The position numbers and the translations under genes were made by a program. Below the pieces are notes generated by a model. It searched no databases, was not told the origin of the DNA, and saw nothing but the letters and a program-made list of their open reading frames with translations. Positions 19,224-28,237 of a stretch of 64,000 nt of DNA are shown one piece after another; the first letter of the stretch is position 1, and the number at the start of each line of letters is the position of its first letter. This stretch comes from a virus (lineage: Duplodnaviria; Caudoviricetes). The DNA lies in the IMG/VR virus record IMGVR_UViG_3300021256_000002, positions 96,001 to 160,000 of that record. The stretch is one strand, 5' to 3'.

Positions 19224-20834
19224 TCAGACACCCATAATCAGGTTATATGTTAACTTCGGGTCGAGTGCTTTCTGACCTTCGGTATAGAAGTCGTATCCGT
19301 TTCCATTGTAGAAATCTAAGAAGTCAAACCCTGAATCTAGCGAGTAGATTCCTTTGAGGAGTTTCTTACATTTCATAGTACAATTGATGTCAGTGCTAGG
19401 TCTAATCGTATTATCGCACTTGATAAGCCTTGCTGTAGTGAATAATGTAGCAGCAGCATCCTTCATATCGTCGATATGTCGGTTATCAAATGCGGCAAGT
19501 CCAAACTGGTAGATATCGTTAATTGACGATATTAGATATGTACCGAACGATAAATCGTTACCGAAATCTTCAGCCTCATAATCTTTGGCTAAATTGAAAT
19601 ATTCGTGCCAACTACGTTCAATCACATCAAATGATGAAGACTCCTTTAAATTTACAGCGATAAAGAAATCTTCTTTACGATAATAATAAATATGGATATA
19701 CTGAGATTCTAACATGGCGATACCATAACAGTCTTTCTTTTGAACTACCATTACACCACCAGTACCATAGTCATAAACCTTATATCCATCAATGAGATTC
19801 GAATTCACCATATCAGCGCAAATCATTCTCATCATGTAGATACTTACTTCATCAGGTATAAAGTCAGTCTTTTCTACGATAAGGTTATAGAGTTTCCATA
19901 ATGCGAACGCATTCATAAATTCTGGATATTCGTCGAAGTTATGATGGTCTGGATAGTCATACCGGGTATCCTCTAAATCAAAAGGTCCAAACGTGATATC
20001 AAAATTCGGACTGAAGAAGGATTCAAACGGTCTGTCTTTCATCTCACTCAGTGCATCGATTACCTTACTCAAAAGATTGTAACCATAAGAAGAATCCAAG
20101 CGATATAATACAGCTAAGAGATATTTGCGTTCATCGCCTGTTGTGGTTGAAATCAACCAAGCTAGATCCTGAACTTTGTATTCTTCTGGACTATCCATAT
20201 TGTACGTATCAACAATCTGGTCTTTGTAGAACCAAGATGATACTCCGTAAGTGTTACGCTCATCCATCGTATATTTCAACGCATCATTATACTCTCCAAG
20301 AGCAATCAAATCATCTACATTCTTTTCGAAGTTAGCAAACACCTGATGCATATCAATATTAGGTTTATGCTGAGCTTCGAATTTGGAAATCTTGAGAACT
20401 CTGGGATTTACAAACGCTTCTTCAGTTGGTTCTGTTTTACGTTTAAGGTATTTGATAAATTTCTTTCTACCTTCAGGAATATCAATCGTGTCGATATCAA
20501 TTCCTTCCATTGGACGTACAACTTCACTACCTGCTACGATGGGTTCAAGTACACCGATATTAGAAGCTTCTTTTGAAAGACTGAAAGCTTCTGATGTAGC
20601 ATACTTTGTGAATGCTCCAGTACTAGCAGGGTTGAGTTTGATACCAAAGTCCTTAATTTTTGCGTTGATTTTTGAAGCAAGTTCTTTTTCTTTACCAGCA
20701 GGACAGTGCTTGAACATTTTGATTGCCAAGAGAACATGCCTTTTGTCATGCATAGGGAATTTTCTTTTGCCGTCAATTATCAGACCAAAGTCTGAATCTG
20801 GCAACGAATTTCTTTGTTTGGTAGACAGTTTCAT
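19224..20834 (-). CDS. Putative head protein with N-terminal DUF6582-like motif
   Basis: MKLSTKQRNSLPDSDFGL..KRKFPMHDKRHVLLAI motif; x-x-E sites (TSEA, SKEA, TEEA). Confidence 0.55.
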   Translation of the reverse strand: MKLSTKQRNSLPDSDFGLIIDGKRKFPMHDKRHVLLAIKMFKHCPAGKEKELASKINAKIKDFGIKLNPASTGAFTKYATSEAFSLSKEASNIGVLEPIVAGSEVVRPMEGIDIDTIDIPEGRKKFIKYLKRKTEPTEEAFVNPRVLKISKFEAQHKPNIDMHQVFANFEKNVDDLIALGEYNDALKYTMDERNTYGVSSWFYKDQIVDTYNMDSPEEYKVQDLAWLISTTTGDERKYLLAVLYRLDSSYGYNLLSKVIDALSEMKDRPFESFFSPNFDITFGPFDLEDTRYDYPDHHNFDEYPEFMNAFALWKLYNLIVEKTDFIPDEVSIYMMRMICADMVNSNLIDGYKVYDYGTGGVMVVQKKDCYGIAMLESQYIHIYYYRKEDFFIAVNLKESSSFDVIERSWHEYFNLAKDYEAEDFGNDLSFGTYLISSINDIYQFGLAAFDNRHIDDMKDAAATLFTTARLIKCDNTIRPSTDINCTMKCKKLLKGIYSLDSGFDFLDFYNGNGYDFYTEGQKALDPKLTYNLIMGV

Positions 20835-20956
20835 TTTGTCCGATCCCCCTAACTTTACTTTTTTAGTTTTGTATCGATAGTGGCACAATCCACTAATCCT
20901 AGAATTTTATCTAGGAAATACCTTTATTATATTTTTGACGAAAGGAATGACTTTTT

Positions 20957-21385
20957 ATGTCGATTTTCGAAAACAGCAGAGACGAAATTTATGAACTTGC
21001 TTATTACACCATTCCTGGTAGTAATGGACTCCCAGTTCATAAGAAGGTTAATATGCGTGTTAAGAGAGACATCATGGGAAATCCTACGGGGACTGAAATC
21101 TATGGCTCATGGCGTAAAGGCGGATTCTGGACTGAAAAAGATTTTGAAGCCGAGGAACCTATTCAGGAATTGATGAATCGTATCGACAATCTGTTCGACA
21201 CTTCTATCGTGGTAGACGATAAGAAGTTCTTTGAATCTAAGCAGAAGATGATTAAGATGATTGAAAGCGTGTTTAAAGACACTCTGATTCCTGATCATAA
21301 GGCTAAGTTGATTCAGCATATTCCGTATGGTGCAGACCACAATGCTGTATTTGCACCAATTGATCCTCCTCGGCAGGTGATGTGA
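20957..21385 (+). CDS. Hypothetical protein
   Basis: 142 aa, RBS, late-type motif at 20884-20895. Confidence 0.65.
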   Translation: MSIFENSRDEIYELAYYTIPGSNGLPVHKKVNMRVKRDIMGNPTGTEIYGSWRKGGFWTEKDFEAEEPIQELMNRIDNLFDTSIVVDDKKFFESKQKMIKMIESVFKDTLIPDHKAKLIQHIPYGADHNAVFAPIDPPRQVM

Positions 21386-22638
21386 TTATGTTTTCCCCAA
21401 ATCTTTCGAACTTTGTGTCACCTGGAGATGTGTTTGTTCTACGTGATACTATCAATAAGGAGAAGGATACTCCTCCAGATAATACCCGTATAATACGTTT
21501 CCAAAGACCTGCTATTGTGGTGAGTACTGGATTCAAGATATGTACGGTTATCCCATTGACAACCAAAGAGAATTCTCCTGAGATATCTTACCCAATCAAA
21601 GTATCTTCCGATGTAAACTCTAGAGCTCTATTTAGCCAGATAACAACGGTTGATAACTTTAGACTCGGGAAGAAACTTGGTGTAATCGATCCTATTGTAT
21701 TTAAGGACCTCGTTAACGTATACACCAATTATATCTTAGGAAAACCAAAGATATACTTGTCAAGAAGTATAGCTATTCCAACGTATGGAATGGATATGAT
21801 AGCCTTCGATAATTTCGCATATTATCGAGATAACTCTAACCATGAGCGAATTATCTTATCTATAGGAAATGGAACTTCTACGTATTATTTGAATACAGTA
21901 GAACCTAAACCAATGGAGTTTCCTGTTCCAGAAAATGAACCTAAAACAACCGTTCATGGTGTTATCGGTAAAGATATTGAGCTTAGCTCAATACACTTCT
22001 TGAGTAAAGAGTATAGAGAAACAACTTGGACTTGCATTGGATATGAAACGTATGAATGTAATAGAGAACTTATCAGTGATACTATCAATGAGATATTTGG
22101 TATTACTCCAGTTAAGTTAGCACCTGATAAAATGGATACCATTATGGAATACCATTTAGCATCTACCATAGCTAGAGCATTTAAGACTTCACTCTATCTA
22201 CAAGCATTTGATTTTATCATGAATTCAGATCTTGAGGAATTATTCAGTGATAAGATAAAAGCTAATCCATTCTTAACAGAAAACTGTAATTCACGGGATA
22301 TTGATATGGTGATTAACACCATGCGTGAATTGCATGCGTATAGAGTAAATGTGCTTGACTGTTCTATTGAGCAATTGGAATGGATGAATACTAAGTACGC
22401 TTCAAAATTCTATCCGATGGCTATGAGATACGCTGATACATTAGTATCAACTGAACTTGGATATACTTTAGATATTAATCCAAGTATGTATCCGAATCTC
22501 TCTTATAAAGAAGAAAACCTGATTTGGTTAGCTGCGTATATAAATAACGAACTTGGCGAGTTGAATAAGAAAGCTCGTATAAGTGCTACTAGGAAGGCTA
22601 ATCGTAAAATAAGCAAGACCAAAAGTAAAAGAAAATGA
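21382..22638 (+). CDS. PemK/MazF-like domain fused to a long unknown C-terminal region
   Basis: PGDVF...RPAIVVS...TVIPLTTK...SRALFSQITTVDNFRLGKKLG. Confidence 0.7.
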   Translation: MIMFSPNLSNFVSPGDVFVLRDTINKEKDTPPDNTRIIRFQRPAIVVSTGFKICTVIPLTTKENSPEISYPIKVSSDVNSRALFSQITTVDNFRLGKKLGVIDPIVFKDLVNVYTNYILGKPKIYLSRSIAIPTYGMDMIAFDNFAYYRDNSNHERIILSIGNGTSTYYLNTVEPKPMEFPVPENEPKTTVHGVIGKDIELSSIHFLSKEYRETTWTCIGYETYECNRELISDTINEIFGITPVKLAPDKMDTIMEYHLASTIARAFKTSLYLQAFDFIMNSDLEELFSDKIKANPFLTENCNSRDIDMVINTMRELHAYRVNVLDCSIEQLEWMNTKYASKFYPMAMRYADTLVSTELGYTLDINPSMYPNLSYKEENLIWLAAYINNELGELNKKARISATRKANRKISKTKSKRK

Positions 22639-22678
22639 TTAATAGAGATGAATGCTTGATTGCATTCATCTCTATCTT

Positions 22679-23335
22679 TTATCTGTAATGAGCGAACTTA
22701 TCTACCTCAATATGAGTGTTACCAACACCATAATGATTTCTTAGCCAGAGGGCGCGACTCCGAAGGATACTCCCACCTCTAGTAGGCTCATTCCACGGGT
22801 TATACTTAGGAGATTCGTCATTGAAGAGAACCTCTAAGTCCCATCTTTCAACAGTGTTCTTAGGTCCATAATCGTAATGAGGATGGATACCATCCTCATT
22901 GTCGGCAGCTTCACCATGAGTCAATACACGCTTCTTATCAATACTCAAATCAAGAGCATCACAAAGAACAGTAATTACACGAACCATGGATTCCAACTGA
23001 GCTGCCGTTGGAGGATTCGTACCACCAGATTCGGTAGACCCATCAAACATACAAAGCAGTGAAATTGAGATAGAACCAGAATTACGAAGCCATGTGCCGC
23101 CTCCGATATCGTCCAAGTCAAGTCCATTGTACCGGTAGATAGAACCATCTTTATCAATCTGGATTTCATACGAATCCCAGAACTGATGATATCTACCAGC
23201 CGTCCAATGAAGATAGATTTTCACATCTCGACCATTCACTCTTGCCTGGCGCCAAAGGTTGTCATAGCACCCACGTGCTTCATTGTATAAGTCCGTAAGA
23301 TTGACCTTACGAACATCAGTAGTTACTTCACTCAT
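22679..23335 (-). CDS. N-acetylmuramoyl-L-alanine amidase (probable endolysin)
   Basis: IYLHWTAG, IDKDGSI, RNSGSISISL, PTAAQLES and VLTHGE Amidase_2 motifs. Confidence 0.8.
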   Translation of the reverse strand: MSEVTTDVRKVNLTDLYNEARGCYDNLWRQARVNGRDVKIYLHWTAGRYHQFWDSYEIQIDKDGSIYRYNGLDLDDIGGGTWLRNSGSISISLLCMFDGSTESGGTNPPTAAQLESMVRVITVLCDALDLSIDKKRVLTHGEAADNEDGIHPHYDYGPKNTVERWDLEVLFNDESPKYNPWNEPTRGGSILRSRALWLRNHYGVGNTHIEVDKFAHYR

Positions 23336-24120
23336 AAGATTTTCACCCCGTCTCTCTTCTGAATATGTGTCAAATCATCGTTTCGAAGACTTGTAAACGC
23401 TTGGATAAATGCACCATACTGTTTATTTACAATCTTGATATAGTTTAAGCCAAGTTGCTTACGCATTACGTTATCCTTGGCTTTCTCTTTGACTTTATCA
23501 ACTTCCTGAATCTTATGGTGCATATTTGGATTATCTCCTCCATCTTTTATTTCTATTTCCAGATTCAAATCCGGTACATAGAAATCTGGTATATAAAAAT
23601 GGGTTTTTCCATCATATGTATACTTATATGTGTTAGGAGAAGGTCCAATGATATCGGTAGATTTTAGATTCAAAACATCTTCGCATATGCGAAGGAAGTC
23701 TTTCTCATACGTGCCGGTATATTGAGTTTTTCCACCATCATCCCACTCATATATTCCAGAGATTTTTCTTCCAGCCAACATTTTTCGTTGATGGTCAGCA
23801 AACTGAGCTTGATTGGGGTCTTTCCCAACACTTTTCATCCGATTCTTGAAAGTCTCACGAACTTTCTTCAAGCATTCTGGATTTCCACATAATCTACGAT
23901 ATTTGTGAGTACGTGGATTCCAATCAGTTGGTTTATGACATTCCGTACAATACGTTTTCTTACCGTTATGGGTCAGGTCGTAAAAGTATTGGTCAGCTGG
24001 CATATCTTTTGGTAAAGGATGTGATGTTTCCATATGATGCCATACAGCGGCATGAGAAATATACTCTTTATCACATATAGGACATTTAATCCTTTTGATT
24101 GTAGGTCCCAACATTAGCAC
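23332..24120 (-). CDS. Zn-finger + PD-(D/E)XK (TnsA/T4 gp4 head-completion-like) nuclease
   Basis: CPIC..H...H, CTEC, and YEKDF...FYIPDFY...EIEIK motifs. Confidence 0.65.
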   Translation of the reverse strand: MLMLGPTIKRIKCPICDKEYISHAAVWHHMETSHPLPKDMPADQYFYDLTHNGKKTYCTECHKPTDWNPRTHKYRRLCGNPECLKKVRETFKNRMKSVGKDPNQAQFADHQRKMLAGRKISGIYEWDDGGKTQYTGTYEKDFLRICEDVLNLKSTDIIGPSPNTYKYTYDGKTHFYIPDFYVPDLNLEIEIKDGGDNPNMHHKIQEVDKVKEKAKDNVMRKQLGLNYIKIVNKQYGAFIQAFTSLRNDDLTHIQKRDGVKIL

Positions 24121-24205
24121 CTCCTTTTAAAAACCTGTCAAATATAATAAGTGATTATTGGGGGACATTTCGGTAATCAATGAAGATATGAAGGATGTGA
24201 AATAA

Positions 24206-25093
24206 ATGTACTTTGACGAATATGATTCCGTTATGGAAATGCTTAAAGATGATTTAGAAATGGCTAAAACTCCAGTCAATGAGTTTGTAAGTACATGGCA
24301 AGCTAAAGCACTACAAAGGCGAGCTGATCAAGTGAATGCTCAGAGAAATGCTGCTGGGTTACAAGGTAGAAGTGGTTCAGCTAAATTAAGCGGTGGCCAA
24401 GTGAGGCAGGCTTATCAGAATATGGCTAATAGAGCACCTGGCGCTGCTTCTGTTGGTCCTAAACCAGGTAATCCGTCTCCTCAACAGACGATTACACCTA
24501 AGCCGAATACGACTCCTGTACAGCCAGCAAAAACAGCAGCTCCGACTCAGCCTGCAGCGAAGCCCGCTCAACCTGCTACTACGCAACCAGTCGCGAAGCC
24601 TGCTGCTCCAGCACAACCTGCGAAAACTGCACCAGGTGCAGCATCAACTCCAGCAGCACCGGCACGTAAGCCAATGGTATATGGTAGTGATGAATACAAT
24701 AAGACGGCTAAGCAATTTGGTATCAAGGATGATTCTCAGAAGAGCACTGCTGAATTGCAATCTGAGTCCAAAGCTCGTATGGGTCGAATAAATGATTTGG
24801 TTGCTCAGCTGCATAATAAGACTCCTATGCAGAAGAAAGTTGAAGCTAGTCAAGCCCATTATAACACTTTAACCAATAACGGTACTCAGAGTGTTCCTGC
24901 TGGAGTTAAACCTACTACGATATGGAGTAATAATGGCGATGTGAATGCTGCAAAGAAAGCAGCGACTGCTCAGCGTACGGAAGTGTTTGATACGAAGAAA
25001 TCAACTACTCCGCCACCAGCAAATGCGCAACCTGCAACGAATACTACACAATCTGCTCCTACACCTGGACAGAATATCGCTAAAGAACGGTAA
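24206..25093 (+). CDS. Low-complexity Pro/Ala/Thr/Gln-rich putative internal head protein
   Basis: Acidic leader MYFDEYDSVMEM..VNE, then basic QPAAKPA repeats; late promoter at 24164-24175. Confidence 0.6.
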   Translation: MYFDEYDSVMEMLKDDLEMAKTPVNEFVSTWQAKALQRRADQVNAQRNAAGLQGRSGSAKLSGGQVRQAYQNMANRAPGAASVGPKPGNPSPQQTITPKPNTTPVQPAKTAAPTQPAAKPAQPATTQPVAKPAAPAQPAKTAPGAASTPAAPARKPMVYGSDEYNKTAKQFGIKDDSQKSTAELQSESKARMGRINDLVAQLHNKTPMQKKVEASQAHYNTLTNNGTQSVPAGVKPTTIWSNNGDVNAAKKAATAQRTEVFDTKKSTTPPPANAQPATNTTQSAPTPGQNIAKER

Positions 25094-25307
25094 AAGAAAA
25101 CAGCTAGGAATAACCCTAGCTGTTTTCTAGTGTAGACTAAATAGAATGTTGTTAATTGTTTTTGAGTGATAATAAATTGCTTTTTGTTATAGAAGAAATC
25201 CTAGATAGATTTTATTGATAGTACTATGAAATAGTAATCGACCGCCTATCGTATTTGTATCTATCACACCTCTTCTAATTAGGTGTGATTCAATTTATTA
25301 AATTTAA

Positions 25308-25325
25308 TTTCAATTATATATTATA
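25308..25325 (+). promoter_or_regulatory. Early-type promoter
   Basis: TTTCAATTATATATTATA upstream of the hairpin-array ORF. Confidence 0.65.
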
Positions 25326-25366
25326 ATGGTAGCTGAAAAGCTAAATTGGATTAAGGAGGAATCATT

Positions 25367-25750
25367 ATGATAGAAAAGAAAGATAATTTCGTCGTATCCA
25401 AAACGGATACGACGAAATTTAAAAGCAATCTCGTCGTACCTATTTTAGGTACGACGAGATATGAAAGTTATTTCGTTGTCCCTAAAACAGGGACGACGAA
25501 CTATAAAAACAATTCTATTGTTGCCGTTTTGGCAACGATAGAATCTAAAGACAAATTTATCGTATCCAAAATGGATACGATAAATTATGAAAGTAATTTC
25601 GGCGTTGCCAAAATGACAAAGCTGAGATCTAAAAGTTATCTCAGCGTATCCAAAACGGATACGCCGAATTGTAAAAATGATTTCGGCGTCGGTAAAACAC
25701 GACGACGAAATGGCTCAGTCAAAAGAAAAGCTAATCTCAAAGAAGAATAA
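25367..25750 (+). CDS. 14-aa repeat peptide encoded by the hairpin array
   Basis: GGGAGG RBS; eight in-frame repeats of the type NFVVSKTDTTKFKS with no stops. Confidence 0.55.
   Translation: MIEKKDNFVVSKTDTTKFKSNLVVPILGTTRYESYFVVPKTGTTNYKNNSIVAVLATIESKDKFIVSKMDTINYESNFGVAKMTKLRSKSYLSVSKTDTPNCKNDFGVGKTRRRNGSVKRKANLKEE
25385..25713 (+). repeat. Tandem array of 8 hairpin/palindrome units, 42-bp period
   Basis: Units start at 25385, 25427, 25469, 25511, 25553, 25595, 25637 and 25679. Each is a 15-nt arm, 5-nt loop, 15-nt arm and 7-nt A-rich linker. Confidence 0.95.
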
Positions 25751-25809
25751 TAGTCAATTATTGAGCGTCTGACTTTTTACTAATAAATTACAGAAAGAAG
25801 GTAAACCTG

Positions 25810-26172
25810 ATGGAAATAACTGAAAAATCACTCAATTTTTTCAAATCAACGCCATGGGCGATTGATGCTGAAAGAGCGAAGTCAAATGCAAGTAAAGTTG
25901 AAAAGCCTGTACAACCAGACGCTCGTACTCTAGTTGACTATTTAGACTCAATCAACTCAATATACCAAGCAATTGTGATGGTATCGAGTTATGGTATTGA
26001 TCACATAAATCTTCGTATCAATTCGAATGGGAAGTCAAATAGTCAGGGCTCTCAAAAAGTTGAACTGATAAAGAAGTTGTTTACTGATCTTGGGTATTAT
26101 GTATTTGCTCGTAGGTATCGACCAAATACTCCTGAGGAGTTTTATAAAGTTAGAATCAATTGGGGGAAGTAA
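25810..26172 (+). CDS. Hypothetical protein
   Basis: 120-aa ORF with RBS. Confidence 0.65.
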   Translation: MEITEKSLNFFKSTPWAIDAERAKSNASKVEKPVQPDARTLVDYLDSINSIYQAIVMVSSYGIDHINLRINSNGKSNSQGSQKVELIKKLFTDLGYYVFARRYRPNTPEEFYKVRINWGK

Positions 26173-26173
26173 A

Positions 26174-26986
26174 TTGATTATCTGCATAACTGATAAATGT
26201 GGAATGGGTTGCAACCATTGTTTATCGTCATGCGACAGTAACGGTCAGCACATGACCATGGAAGTGTTTGAACATGCTCTCTCGTATGCTGAGAGAGCAT
26301 GTATTACAGCCGGTGCTGTCTTGATTAGTGGTGGTGAACCCTTCGAGCATCCACAGATTAAGGAAATCCTTGAAAGAGCAGTTAAAACTAAAAGGACGTT
26401 GATAATCACCGTAGCTACTAACGGTACTAAGTTAATCGACGATAAGTCTTTGTATAATTGGTATAAAGGCTTCTTATCCCGTAATCCAAGAGTATACACT
26501 CAGGTTACAAATGTTCCTAAATATTATCCTAGAGAGCTCACTTTGAATGAGCGCTACTGGCTTAGTAAGCTTAAGAACTGTATAATTGTAACAGAAGAAT
26601 CTGAAGTTCCCTTGTATCCTCAAGGTAGAGCGTTAGAGAATTATCCAGCTGATGAATATCGTACACGTGGTCCTAAATGTATGGATACAATACTTATGGC
26701 GTTACAAACTAACGTTAGAACTGACTACGAACTGATACATCAGATGGTAATTAAATTACACAAGTTTTGTGTACCAAGAATAAATATTGATGGTTCTATC
26801 GCTATTGGTGAATCTAGATTATGTCCTACCATAGGAACTTTAGATGATACACCAGAAAAGCGGTTAGATGCTATTAGACGGTGGTCGTGTCGTGGTTGCA
26901 AGGAAGCATTCTGTGTCATGGCAAATCGAACACCAGAAGTCCTAGCAGTTTTAAGAACCAGAGATATATTAGTTGGAAAGGGTTGA
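26174..26986 (+). CDS. Radical SAM protein with C-terminal Cys cluster
   Basis: CGMGCNHC (CxxxCxxC), SGGEPFEHP and TNGT motifs; C-terminal CVPRINIDG...C...CRGC; TTG start after GGGGG. Confidence 0.85.
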   Translation: MIICITDKCGMGCNHCLSSCDSNGQHMTMEVFEHALSYAERACITAGAVLISGGEPFEHPQIKEILERAVKTKRTLIITVATNGTKLIDDKSLYNWYKGFLSRNPRVYTQVTNVPKYYPRELTLNERYWLSKLKNCIIVTEESEVPLYPQGRALENYPADEYRTRGPKCMDTILMALQTNVRTDYELIHQMVIKLHKFCVPRINIDGSIAIGESRLCPTIGTLDDTPEKRLDAIRRWSCRGCKEAFCVMANRTPEVLAVLRTRDILVGKG

Positions 26987-28157
26987 TTTTTACATGAAAG
27001 CAATTAGTTACAACATGGGAGAATGGACGGTAGTTTCTGATCATCTTACAGTTGAAAAGGGATTACCTCCGCTAACTTATACCGTACGGTATAAAGAAGA
27101 AAAAGGATTCTTCTTGAAAGAAGAACCCAATCTTACAGTGAATGAAAAGATGTATGGTAAGATGGTTAAAAACATCAATATCATGATTGAATCATTCAAA
27201 GCCAATAATCGTTCTATGGGCTGTATCTTTAGTGGCGATAAGGGTCTTGGCAAATCAATGGCAATGAGATACCTTGCTTCTAAAATGAATGAGCTAAAGT
27301 ATCCTATTATCATCGTTGATAAGTATTATCCAGGCATTGCAAGATTTCTTATGACTATTTCTTGTGATGCTGTAGTTATCTTCGATGAGTTTGATAAGAC
27401 CTTTGGTCCGACGATAAATAACAACGATTTGAATTCTAGAAATAACGATCCAAACTTCGATAAGCAGAATGAACTTCTGTCGTTGTTTGATGGGCTGAGT
27501 TCTAATCGATTCTTCTTCGTCATTACATGTAACTATCTCTACAATGTATCCGATTTCCTGCTTGATAGACCAGGACGATTCCACTATCATGTGAAGTTTG
27601 GATATCCAACTCGTAGTGAAGTTACTGAGTATTTGATGGATAATCTGAAACCTGAATACCAGAATAATATCACAGCAATTGCTAATTTCTGTGATGCTAA
27701 TCAGGTAAATTATGATGGTATCCGTTCGATTGTATTTGAGCTGAATATGGGTAGAGATTTTGAATCCGTAATCAAGATTCTCAATATCGACCAGAACAAG
27801 TTGCTCAAGTTCAATATCAAGGTCAGGACTTCCAACAAGATGGAATTCAGTGGAACGCTGACCATTGGCGGTGCTTCAAGACGGCCTACGTACTATTACA
27901 ACAGATACTCGCATAATGGGAAACTCAATAGAGTATTCCTTGATACTAAGAATGGTAAGAAGACTATTGAGGTACTTATTCCTGATGGAGCTATTGAATA
28001 CAACGAGAAGAAAGAAGCTTATGTCATCAAGAAAGGTGATAATATAACTCTGTGTGATTGGTATGATGCTAATGGTGAAGTTATCTCAGATGATGAGAAT
28101 CTCAAAGATGCTAAAATTACACATGTTGAGTTAGAGCTCGATAGGTCTGCTAATTGA
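26973..28157 (+). CDS. AAA+ ATPase
   Basis: Walker A GDKGLGKS, Walker B VIFDEFDK, and LLDRPGRFHY arginine finger. Confidence 0.9.
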   Translation: MERVDFYMKAISYNMGEWTVVSDHLTVEKGLPPLTYTVRYKEEKGFFLKEEPNLTVNEKMYGKMVKNINIMIESFKANNRSMGCIFSGDKGLGKSMAMRYLASKMNELKYPIIIVDKYYPGIARFLMTISCDAVVIFDEFDKTFGPTINNNDLNSRNNDPNFDKQNELLSLFDGLSSNRFFFVITCNYLYNVSDFLLDRPGRFHYHVKFGYPTRSEVTEYLMDNLKPEYQNNITAIANFCDANQVNYDGIRSIVFELNMGRDFESVIKILNIDQNKLLKFNIKVRTSNKMEFSGTLTIGGASRRPTYYYNRYSHNGKLNRVFLDTKNGKKTIEVLIPDGAIEYNEKKEAYVIKKGDNITLCDWYDANGEVISDDENLKDAKITHVELELDRSAN

Positions 28158-28237
28158 TGTATAGAGAAAGAGCGACTTCGCTCTTTCTTTTGTTCCCTTG
28201 ACAAACTTTTAATTCATATTAAAGAAGGTGAATAACA

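Noticed and set aside
23332-24120. Transposase or homing endonuclease call
   Set aside because: No terminal repeats or interrupted host gene; it has a late promoter, so it fits a resident head-completion-type nuclease better.
24500-24670. CAGCCTGC-like repeats
   Set aside because: Explained by Pro/Ala/Gln low-complexity coding sequence.
25385-25713. CRISPR or TIGR array interpretation
   Set aside because: There is no constant direct repeat with unique spacers, no clear box C/D motifs, and no cas or Nop-domain gene recognised in the window.
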